Source: an uncultured archaeon
GTDB taxonomy: Archaea > Asgardarchaeota > Lokiarchaeia > Sigyniarchaeales > SOKP01
Assembly (NCBI GenBank): GCA_964493715.1
Contig: CAZBPC010000001.1
Span: forward strand, 8,006 to 44,282
DNA: 36,277 nucleotides
Direction of reading: 5' to 3'
Shown: positions 18,288 to 26,859 of the stretch, piece after piece
How positions within the stretch are numbered: the first letter of the stretch is position 1
Layout of the letters: every line of letters starts with the position of its first letter
The notes under the pieces: generated by a model
Told to the model about the DNA's origin: nothing
Seen by the model: only the letters and a program-made list of their open reading frames with translations
The model's database searches: none
Program-made: the position numbers and the translations under genes

Positions 18288-19433
18288 TTAAAAGTCCAAT
18301 GGTTTTGAGTTAGTAATAATTTCTACCTTGCCATTCCTAATTAGGATATCATTCTCAAGCCTTTGGCCTCCTAACCCTTGCTTATATGCTCCCGGCTCTA
18401 TAGTGAACACCATTCCATCTTGGATTGTTTCTTCCTTCCAATATTTTTTTGAATACCCATCCGAAGGTTTTCGGCCTATAATTGGCGAATCGTGTTCAGT
18501 TAACCCTAAACCATGCCCTAAAGAATAAGGCATGATATATCCTCCCTTTTTAAGCACTTGTTCTGCTACAGCATGAATCTTCCACAAAGGCACACCAATA
18601 TCAATCATTTCAATTGCTGCTTCATAAGATTTGATTGTAAAATCACGCATCTTATATTGTTCGTCTGATAATTTACCGAAACTAATTGGAACGGTTATAT
18701 CACTATGATATCCGTGATATTTTGCGCCAAAATCGATTAATGCTAAGCCCGGTAATCCAAATTTCTGATCACTCGCAAAAGGATATTGGTGAATTTCATG
18801 GGCGCGTGATGAATTTGCAACAAGCGACTCAAAAGCAATATCATCACCACCATAATCTGCAATTTTTTTTCTAACAGTAAATGATAAATCCTTCTCCGTG
18901 CCATCAGGAGTATTTTTACAGAAATCTCGAATGTCTTGGATTGTCCTTGTTCCAATTTCTGCTGCGTTTATTAAATTCTTAATCTCAAATTTAGTTTTAG
19001 TTGCCCTCAATTTTTCTAAAATTTGCGTGATTTCGATGGGTTCTTCAAAATACTTAACTCCAGGTATAATTGCTTTCATTCTTATAATAGATCCATAAGT
19101 AGTCATTGAATGGACTCCAACTGTGATTGATGATTTTTTCCAGCGATTTTCAAATAAATCTTTTATTGCCAACAATGTGTTGAAACTGAAGTTCGCTGGA
19201 TTTATAATCTCATCAACCTCAGAATGTTTTTCAGCTAATGGGACATCCCATGGGATTAAAAATGATTCTCCACTTGATTTTATCAGCACTGTTGCATCAG
19301 TTGGATGACCAGTAAGATATTGTAGGTTCACATTCCGACTGTTTTCGTTATCAGTTATCAGTAGAACATCGATTTTTTTTTCCTCTAAAAATTTTAAGAT
19401 TGACTCGAATTTTTCTTCTGTAATTGGTCGCAT
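18288..19433 (-). CDS. Xaa-Pro aminopeptidase/prolidase (peptidase M24B)
   Basis: IDFGAKYHGYHSDIT, GHGLGLTEHD, FTIEPG, RLENDILI; creatinase-like N-domain; AAGGAG SD upstream. Confidence 0.92.
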   Translation of the reverse strand: MRPITEEKFESILKFLEEKKIDVLLITDNENSRNVNLQYLTGHPTDATVLIKSSGESFLIPWDVPLAEKHSEVDEIINPANFSFNTLLAIKDLFENRWKKSSITVGVHSMTTYGSIIRMKAIIPGVKYFEEPIEITQILEKLRATKTKFEIKNLINAAEIGTRTIQDIRDFCKNTPDGTEKDLSFTVRKKIADYGGDDIAFESLVANSSRAHEIHQYPFASDQKFGLPGLALIDFGAKYHGYHSDITVPISFGKLSDEQYKMRDFTIKSYEAAIEMIDIGVPLWKIHAVAEQVLKKGGYIMPYSLGHGLGLTEHDSPIIGRKPSDGYSKKYWKEETIQDGMVFTIEPGAYKQGLGGQRLENDILIRNGKVEIITNSKPLDF

Positions 19434-19614
19434 TGTTTCTCCTTCTTATGTTTATCATTGAAATTAGTAATTATGCGAGAATTAAAAACATAAGTAAACA
19501 TGTTAATACTAAAAAGATTTTAATAAGAACATGGCTATAGTTCTTGACATTATAATGAGATAAGGAATTTAATTATTAACCTAATGATTTAATATAATTT
19601 GAATCATATAACTT

Positions 19615-20265
19615 ATGGGGATTTTATTGAAAAAAAAAGTAATAATAATTATTATTATAGCAATTAGTATTACAGTTGGAACTACAGCTATTTATTTCTT
19701 AAACAGATCAGGGGTGTTTTTTAACCCCGGAAACCGATATCCGAGTACAAATCTCAACTATATGGGAGTCCTTTTTGAAAATGAATCAGACATCAATGCG
19801 TTTAACGAAGGATATAGCGAAAGTGCCAGTTGTCCATGGGGCTTCGAACATAATGGGATTGACTTTTTTTTTAATAATGGAACAAATGTGCTGGCAGCAG
19901 CTCCTGGTCAAGTCTGGGAAATTGAAAAGCACCAAGAAGAAGGAGAAAATAAGTATCACGTCAGAATTTGGATCAGATTTAATTCCAGCCTGAATATTGG
20001 CTATAACTTTGAACCTTGGACTTCAATAGAATTAAAAAGAGAACAACAAATTTCGATGTTTAAAGTTGAGGTAGGAGATTGGGTTCAAAAAGGTGATATT
20101 ATTGCTGAGTTCTTGCAATGTAATGCATCAGCTCATATCCACTTCGACATTATAGAAAATGGAGCAAGACACTGTCCAACCAAATATTTCGATTCAACAA
20201 GTTTCACACAACTCATGAACTTAATCCATTCATATCAGCCAACATGGAATCTTTGTTATCCCTAA
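19615..20265 (+). CDS. Membrane-anchored M23-family zinc metallopeptidase
   Basis: KKK plus hydrophobic N-terminal anchor; HNGID (HxxxD), VLAAAPGQV, VEVGDWVQKGDIIA, HIHF (HxH). Confidence 0.85.
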   Translation: MGILLKKKVIIIIIIAISITVGTTAIYFLNRSGVFFNPGNRYPSTNLNYMGVLFENESDINAFNEGYSESASCPWGFEHNGIDFFFNNGTNVLAAAPGQVWEIEKHQEEGENKYHVRIWIRFNSSLNIGYNFEPWTSIELKREQQISMFKVEVGDWVQKGDIIAEFLQCNASAHIHFDIIENGARHCPTKYFDSTSFTQLMNLIHSYQPTWNLCYP

Positions 20266-20739
20266 ATAAAAAATAGCATAAACTTTTTCTTTATTTGACC
20301 AATTTCCTTTAGAATGTCTATATTTTCGTCAAAATAATATAACAATATGTTAATAAATATCTTTTAAAATCATCTTCCAATCATACTATTTAAATTTTTT
20401 AATTACATTCTTTAGTACCTCGTTTTTAATTATTGAATCAAGATCTGGTCTATACCTTAAATCTCTTATAAGTGGAAAAACTTCTTCTTTAAATGATTCT
20501 GTCTTACTGAAATATTCAAAGAATATATATCTATAAATATCAAAGAGAAATAAATGAATTTCGGATTACAAATAATACTTGGATAATAGTCTCAAATAGA
20601 TTTGTAATCACGCAAAATGAATATTTAATAAACGTAAAACTTTTCATTTACACAAATTAATATATTATTATTATTATTAGATCTTCAAAATCAAATTATA
20701 ATCAATTTTTTTGTAAAATAGTCTCGAGGTTCAAATCAC

Positions 20740-21360
20740 ATGCCAAGTAGAAGGGGAGATGGAACATTAGTTTTCAAAATCTGTTTTTACGGTCCTTCCT
20801 TAGGGGGTAAGACAACAGCTTTAGAATGGGTGTATAACAAGGAAGGGCTTGCAAGTGGAGACATGCAACAGATTCAAGATCCTACTGGACGTACGTTATT
20901 TTTTGATCGAGTTGTTGCTCGGGTATCAAACGTTGTATTCCAAGTGTATACTGTAGCCGGTCAAAGACGTCATAAATTCCAAAGACAAACAGTTTTAAAA
21001 GGTACCGATGCAGTAATATTTACCTGGGATAGTCTTATCGACCAGTTTGGTGAGAACATTTGGTCCCTTAAAGAACTCTTGAAATTCTATGGCAATAAAC
21101 TCATACCTGCCGGTATAGCAGAACCTCCAGAGGTCCCTTTAGTCCTTTTAGCGAATAAGCGAGATTTGGAGGATATAGTAGAAATTACAAAGATTAGGCA
21201 AGTTCTTGATACAGCAAAATTAAATCACTGCTTAATTTATGAGACTATTGCCATCACGGGCATAAACGTGAAAAGAGCCTTTGTATACGGTGCACGACAA
21301 GCAGTGTTAAATCATTACAAGAAACTATCGGGTCAATCCATGGAAAGTCCTTCTTGGTAA
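20740..21360 (+). CDS. MglA-family small GTPase
   Basis: KICFYGPSLGGKTT (G1), RTLFFD (MglA arginine-finger/G2 motif), YTVAGQ (MglA-type G3, TVPGQ), NKRD (G4), TIAITG (G5-like). GAGGT SD upstream. Confidence 0.88.
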   Translation: MPSRRGDGTLVFKICFYGPSLGGKTTALEWVYNKEGLASGDMQQIQDPTGRTLFFDRVVARVSNVVFQVYTVAGQRRHKFQRQTVLKGTDAVIFTWDSLIDQFGENIWSLKELLKFYGNKLIPAGIAEPPEVPLVLLANKRDLEDIVEITKIRQVLDTAKLNHCLIYETIAITGINVKRAFVYGARQAVLNHYKKLSGQSMESPSW

Positions 21361-21449
21361 TTAAAATATTTTCAAGCACTACTTTTTAATTTATCTTATA
21401 ATGTGCTATGTAAGATTTCAATCCAAATTTGTATCTACTATAAATATAT

Positions 21450-22010
21450 TTATAGATGGATGATTTCGGGTTCAATCGTATTTTCAGAAATTTTAAGATA
21501 CCCATAGGAGCTTACAACTGTGAACTTGTTATCTATTGGAGATGTAGTTCCCGGGCTAAAGAATAATATTCCATCAACGATTTCATTTTCAGGTCTATGA
21601 GTGTGACCGAAAATCACTATATCATAATTAGAATTTAAAAGGTTTAAATTTTTTATTAATCGCTTGATTATCATGTTTGGTCCGCCCATTCCGTGTAACA
21701 TCAAGACCTTATGCCCAAGAATCTCTAATTCTATTTTATCGGGCAAGATTCTCTTTAAATCTTGATCAAAATCCATATTACCTCGGATAGCAACTATTTT
21801 ATCCTTCCCAAATTCATCAACAAGACGCTTATAGACTTTATATTCAGTAAAGTCACCCAGATGAAATACATAATCAACATTTTTTTTCTTAAAATCTTCG
21901 ATCACTATGTCAGGAAACTTTTTAGTCCTATGTGGGATGTGAGTATCGGATAGGACTCCAATCAATAACTCTTTTTTATCAGTTTTAATCACATCAAACA
22001 CCACAAACAA
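21450..22010 (-). CDS. YfcE/MJ0936-family metallophosphoesterase
   Basis: SDTH, HLGD, GNMD, LHG, FGHTH, SPG motifs. Start codon uncertain. Confidence 0.9.
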   Translation of the reverse strand: MFVVFDVIKTDKKELLIGVLSDTHIPHRTKKFPDIVIEDFKKKNVDYVFHLGDFTEYKVYKRLVDEFGKDKIVAIRGNMDFDQDLKRILPDKIELEILGHKVLMLHGMGGPNMIIKRLIKNLNLLNSNYDIVIFGHTHRPENEIVDGILFFSPGTTSPIDNKFTVVSSYGYLKISENTIEPEIIHL

Positions 22011-22026
22011 TGAATGAAGTAAAATT

Positions 22027-22914
22027 TTATTTAATAAATCCTTTAGCTTTTAAGGTCTTAATGTGTTGATCCATAAACCAATGAATTCCCCCCAGATTTT
22101 CTTTAGGAAACATTTTTGAATTTGGGATGATATTTTCTTGATATTTTTCTGTTACATAATCTACATCTGGATTTTCTAAATACCATTTTATGATTGAATC
22201 TTTTGCTTTAAAATATTTATCTTTTACACTCTCCACCAAATTGATAAAATCTACACCAGAATATACTCCAAAATGAGCTAATGAAATCGAATTCAATTCT
22301 GTTTTCATCTCATCAAGCTTTTCATATGTTTTTAATAATTGTTTTTCATCGAAATGGGGTCCATATAAAACAGGTGTGTAAGTATCCAAATCTAAATGAT
22401 CTATAATTGCATCTCCAACAAAGATATTTTTGTTTGTCTTATCATAGATACCAATTGAATCTTGAGTGTGTCCAAATAACTCAAGGATCTCAAGTTCAAA
22501 TCCATTAATATCGATAATATCATTTGCTTTTAAAGGAGTTACATTTTCAATAGGTTCTACTATATACTCAAAAAATTCATTCAATTCCTCAGGATTTTTC
22601 AAAATATCTATTGCATCCTCATGTGCTAGTACTTCTATATCTTCACCCTCCATTTGTTTTAATATGCGAGGTAATGCCTGAACATGATCCCAATGGGCGT
22701 GAGTAAATAATATCTTATGAATTGGAAATAGATTCATTGCTTTGAGTTTTTTCACAACTCTTCGTGCTGGTAGAGTTTCTCCTGTATCAATTAACATTCT
22801 CATCCCATCATTTTCGATAACGTATATAGATAATGTCCCCTTTAACTTCATAAATTCCGCATCAATAAGGTAAGAATTTTCATTAAACTTTCCATCTTCT
22901 TTGAAATGACCCAT
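22027..22914 (-). CDS. Metallo-beta-lactamase-fold hydrolase
   Basis: LIDTG, THAHWDH, GHT, FVGD, AHFG. Confidence 0.9.
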   Translation of the reverse strand: MGHFKEDGKFNENSYLIDAEFMKLKGTLSIYVIENDGMRMLIDTGETLPARRVVKKLKAMNLFPIHKILFTHAHWDHVQALPRILKQMEGEDIEVLAHEDAIDILKNPEELNEFFEYIVEPIENVTPLKANDIIDINGFELEILELFGHTQDSIGIYDKTNKNIFVGDAIIDHLDLDTYTPVLYGPHFDEKQLLKTYEKLDEMKTELNSISLAHFGVYSGVDFINLVESVKDKYFKAKDSIIKWYLENPDVDYVTEKYQENIIPNSKMFPKENLGGIHWFMDQHIKTLKAKGFIK

Positions 22915-22980
22915 AATAATATCCTCTATCTAATTTTAATGTTCTTTAAAATGAATTAGATGGCTTAATATAAAAACATT

Positions 22981-23916
22981 TTATTCTTCTTCTTGAGGTT
23001 CTTGATTTTTCATTCGGATCCTTACCACATTGAGGGCAAAGTTTATAACTGCTTGAATAGAATCCCAACGTTCATCTGTTTCTATGATATCTTTAATCCA
23101 ATAATAAAGTTCTTGCTCAATTGGTATGGTACAGTAAATTGGTTGCGTGAGTTGTGCTTCCTTCGAATGAGCCTTATTAAAAAGCCAAGAAATGATATTT
23201 GCGATTAGCTTAAAATTATCTGCTCCACGAATGCCGTATTGATCATTAAAACCCGAGAGGAGCGATAGATTTGCTAACATTACAACTTTTCCAAGTCCAT
23301 AATGACCGGTTGCTAATATAGGAGCTTTACTTACTGGCTCATCCACCAATTCTTCATCCCTGTATATCTTATGCCATGAAGAATCTTCAGAGGAAAACGC
23401 AATCGCATTTATATTAACATCTAAATCTTCCACAGTTTTGTCTATATCAAGAGTACAGCCTCCAGAATGAATTATCTGATTAATATCTCGAGTGATAAAG
23501 TGCTTTTTAAAATTATTAATAACGGGACGTGAATTGTTTTTGGAAAAATGTTCGTTATCATATAAAGAATCGGGGTTGAATCTAACTCCAAAATGTTTAG
23601 TAAGCTCGCTTAAATTATTATTATTTTCGAAATCTCCACCTCTATCATTTATTGCCAGTAAACTACCACCATCTCGAACGTATTTGATAACATCATCAAT
23701 TTCTTCTGGAGTTAAATACTTCTTATTCATTGGAACACCAATAATGAAGATATTATAATTCGACAATTTCTCGTAAGTTAAACCTGCTTCTATTTTTCCA
23801 ACTTTAAAGTCAGAATTAAATAAATATTCTATAAAATCATTAAATCCTGTTGTATCTTCTATACTAAGTTTATTATCATGTGAATAATCAAACCCAACAT
23901 TATATTCAGTGTTCAT
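22981..23916 (-). CDS. GIFT/GldG/IFT52-like (DUF4350, class I glutamine-amidotransferase-like fold) protein with possible C-terminal ribbon-helix-helix
   Basis: VGFDYSH, LTYEKLSNYNIFIIGVP..LTPEEIDDVIKYVRDGGSLL, LSELTKHFGVRFN, HFITRDI, GLGKVV, DNFKLIANIISWL. Confidence 0.7.
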   Translation of the reverse strand: MNTEYNVGFDYSHDNKLSIEDTTGFNDFIEYLFNSDFKVGKIEAGLTYEKLSNYNIFIIGVPMNKKYLTPEEIDDVIKYVRDGGSLLAINDRGGDFENNNNLSELTKHFGVRFNPDSLYDNEHFSKNNSRPVINNFKKHFITRDINQIIHSGGCTLDIDKTVEDLDVNINAIAFSSEDSSWHKIYRDEELVDEPVSKAPILATGHYGLGKVVMLANLSLLSGFNDQYGIRGADNFKLIANIISWLFNKAHSKEAQLTQPIYCTIPIEQELYYWIKDIIETDERWDSIQAVINFALNVVRIRMKNQEPQEEE

Positions 23917-23987
23917 AAATGCTCAACCGTTTCTAATTATTCTTGATAGGTGTTATTATTTAATAAGAGGATTAATTATTTTAAACC

Positions 23988-24350
23988 ATGCTAAAAAAAA
24001 AATGGAAAGAAGTCGAGAATAAACAAGCGATTTTAACTGATGGAACTCTAGTAAAAAATGTCTTTATTCGCTGGTTAGTGGATAAAAATGATGGCGCTCG
24101 TAATTTTGCCATGCGGCGAATTGAAATAAAGCCAGGAGGAAGGATTCCTCTTCACGATCATCCGGAGGATCACGAAATTTTCATTCTTCAAGGAAAGGGG
24201 CGATTTTTTAATGATGAAGGTCAAGAAGAGCTTGCAAATGTGGGGGATGTATTCTATATACCTCCTTCAGAAAAACATGCCATGGAAAATCTTGGAGAAA
24301 ATGATTTTGCTTTCATTTGCGTTATACCTTACATGAATGAAGAGAAATAA
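23988..24350 (+). CDS. Cupin_2 domain protein
   Basis: NFAMRRIEIKPGGRIPLHDHPEDHEIFILQG and GDVFYIPPSEKHAMEN. Confidence 0.9.
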   Translation: MLKKKWKEVENKQAILTDGTLVKNVFIRWLVDKNDGARNFAMRRIEIKPGGRIPLHDHPEDHEIFILQGKGRFFNDEGQEELANVGDVFYIPPSEKHAMENLGENDFAFICVIPYMNEEK

Positions 24351-24373
24351 ATTCTAAATCGAATTTTAATCCA

Positions 24374-26824
24374 TCATTCAGTGATTTCTTTTCTAACCTT
24401 ACCAATTGCCACAACTGAATCATGTTCATACAACTTTATAACCCTAACACCTTTGGCTTTTCTATGGGTTATCCGTATTGAATCCACAGGAACTCTTATG
24501 ACTTGTCCTTGTTCGGTTATGATTAATAGATCCATGTGATGTGCGATTCTCGAAGCAATGACTTCATCATGCTGTTCTAAATTTAAACTAATATTTCTAA
24601 CTCCTTTAGCACCTCTTCCTGTCTTTCGATATTCCTTAACTTTTGTTCTTTGACCATGACCATTTTTTGTTAAGGTTAATATGATATCATCATCGGATAC
24701 AAGAAGAGTGTCAATAATCTCATCATTTTCTCTAAGATCTGCTCCTTTAACACCCATAGACGTTTTACCTAACTCTCTTAATTCAGTTTCATCAAATCTT
24801 ATTGCATAACCGAGTTTTGTTACCAAAAAAATATCTTGCAGTTCATTAGAAAACCTTTTGACGCTAACTAGTTCATCACTCGCTTTAATTCTTTGAGCAC
24901 GCACACCAGTTGATTTGAATTTAGAAAATAATTTTAAGGGGGTCTTTTTTATAATACCATTTTTAGTAGTCATGATAAGCATCTCCGTTGTAGCAAAGTT
25001 ATTAATAGGGATCATTGATGCTACTTTTTCACCGTCTTGGAGCGCAATTAAATTAACAATCGGTTTTCCTCGGGCTGTTCGAGTTTGTAAAGGGATATCA
25101 TAGCATTTTATAGAATATACGCGTCCTTGTGATGTGAAGATTAAGATAGTGTCGTGAGTGGTACCAACAAATAGATCATCAATGAGATCTTCTTCTCGTA
25201 TTGTCATTCCTCTTTTACCTCGACCGCCCCGCTTTTGAGCTTGATACTCTTCTAAGGATATACGCTTAATGTATTGATTTTTTGTAAAAATAACGATTGT
25301 CGGTTCTTTTTTGATAAAGTCTTTTTTATCCATATCTTTGGAACTATATTCATCTTCTTCAATGAATTTTATTTCAGTTTTCCGGTCATCCCCAAACTTT
25401 TTGCTTAATTCTTGTAGTTCTGTTTTAATAATACCAAGTCGTATTGATTTATCCTTAAGTATATTGTTATATTCAGTAATATTCTTATTCAATTCATTCT
25501 TCTCATCAACTAATTTTTGAATTTCTAAGCTCGTCAATCGAGATAAAGGCATGCTTAATATAGATTGAACTTGAATATCACTTAACTCATAAGCAGACTT
25601 AAGTTTTTCTTTTGCCTCATTTGAATCTTTTGAGCTTTTAATAAGATTGACTACATTATCAATATCATTTAGTGCAATTAGTATCCCTTCCACTATATGA
25701 AGTCTAGCTTGCGCCTTTTTTAACAAGAATTCAGTTTTCTTATAAATAACGTCCAATCGATGTTCTATATACTCATCAATAATATCTTTTAAGTTGAGAA
25801 TTTTAGGTTGTTTCCCATTATTAATTAAAACCAAGTTTGTTACGTTAAAACTACTCAATAATCTTGTTCGTTTAAAGAGAATATTCTCTATTACCAGAGG
25901 TTGAGCATTTTTAGTTAGATCTAATACGATCCGCATTCCTCTTTGATCAGATTCATCGCGTAAATCTTTTACATCCTTTAAAACTCCCTCTTTAATCAAT
26001 TTGGCTATAGATTCTATCAAAATGGTTTTATTGACTAAGTATGGAATTTCAACAATTATCAAACTCGTATCTTTTCCCTTTATTTCGGTTTCAATTTTAC
26101 CACTAAGGGAAAAAGCTCCTGTTCCGGTGGTATACGCATTATAGATGCCACTTGAACCGTGGATAATACCTCCTGTCGGGAAATCTGGACCTTTGATAAT
26201 CTGCATTAACTCTTCAATTGAAATCTCTGGATCGTCAATTGTTGCAACAATCCCATCACAAACTTCTCTTAAGTTATGAGGAGGCATGGATGTCGCCATT
26301 CCTACGGCAATCCCTTTAGTACCGTTCAATAAAATATTTGGAAGTTTGGCAGGCATGTAGACAGGTTCTACTGCAGTTCCATCAAAATTTGGAATAAATT
26401 CAACGGTATCTTTGTCTATATCTTCGATTAATTCATTTGAAATCAAGGAAAGTCTTGCTTCAGTATAACGATAAGCTGCAGGAGGATCTCCATCGATTGA
26501 TCCAAAATTCCCTTGAGGATGTATGAGGGGATATCGCAATGAAAAATCTTGTCCCATTCTCACTAAAGAATTATAAACCGCCATATCACCGTGCGGATGG
26601 AAATTTCCTAGCACTTCACCGACGATTTTAGCGCATTTTACGTGGGGTCCATTTGAAAACCAATTATTTGTTAACATGGCATAGATTATACGTCTATGGA
26701 CAGGCTTTAATCCGTCACGAACATCTGGAATCGCCCTACCGATTATTGTAGACATGCTATAAGTGATATAGCTCTGTTGCATTTCCTCATTTAACAAGAT
26801 ATCGTCTATATGTTCTATAGTCAA
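24374..26824 (-). CDS. gyrA: DNA gyrase subunit A
   Basis: RAIPDVRDGLKPVHRRI, HPHGD, catalytic AAYRYTE, GyrA-box QKRGGRG, beta-pinwheel repeats. TTG start preceded by AAGGAGG. Confidence 0.96.
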   Translation of the reverse strand: MTIEHIDDILLNEEMQQSYITYSMSTIIGRAIPDVRDGLKPVHRRIIYAMLTNNWFSNGPHVKCAKIVGEVLGNFHPHGDMAVYNSLVRMGQDFSLRYPLIHPQGNFGSIDGDPPAAYRYTEARLSLISNELIEDIDKDTVEFIPNFDGTAVEPVYMPAKLPNILLNGTKGIAVGMATSMPPHNLREVCDGIVATIDDPEISIEELMQIIKGPDFPTGGIIHGSSGIYNAYTTGTGAFSLSGKIETEIKGKDTSLIIVEIPYLVNKTILIESIAKLIKEGVLKDVKDLRDESDQRGMRIVLDLTKNAQPLVIENILFKRTRLLSSFNVTNLVLINNGKQPKILNLKDIIDEYIEHRLDVIYKKTEFLLKKAQARLHIVEGILIALNDIDNVVNLIKSSKDSNEAKEKLKSAYELSDIQVQSILSMPLSRLTSLEIQKLVDEKNELNKNITEYNNILKDKSIRLGIIKTELQELSKKFGDDRKTEIKFIEEDEYSSKDMDKKDFIKKEPTIVIFTKNQYIKRISLEEYQAQKRGGRGKRGMTIREEDLIDDLFVGTTHDTILIFTSQGRVYSIKCYDIPLQTRTARGKPIVNLIALQDGEKVASMIPINNFATTEMLIMTTKNGIIKKTPLKLFSKFKSTGVRAQRIKASDELVSVKRFSNELQDIFLVTKLGYAIRFDETELRELGKTSMGVKGADLRENDEIIDTLLVSDDDIILTLTKNGHGQRTKVKEYRKTGRGAKGVRNISLNLEQHDEVIASRIAHHMDLLIITEQGQVIRVPVDSIRITHRKAKGVRVIKLYEHDSVVAIGKVRKEITE

Positions 26825-26832
26825 TTGAAAAA

Positions 26833-26840
26833 TCCTCCTT
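26833..26840 (-). promoter_or_regulatory. Shine-Dalgarno site for gyrA
   Basis: Minus strand reads aaggaggatttttcaaTTG. Confidence 0.7.
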
Positions 26841-26859
26841 ACTTTTGTTTTATTTAAAA

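Noticed and set aside
21450-22010. Possible retromer Vps29 ortholog
   Set aside because: All metal-binding motifs of ordinary YfcE/MJ0936 phosphoesterases are intact, and no retromer-like neighbours are present.
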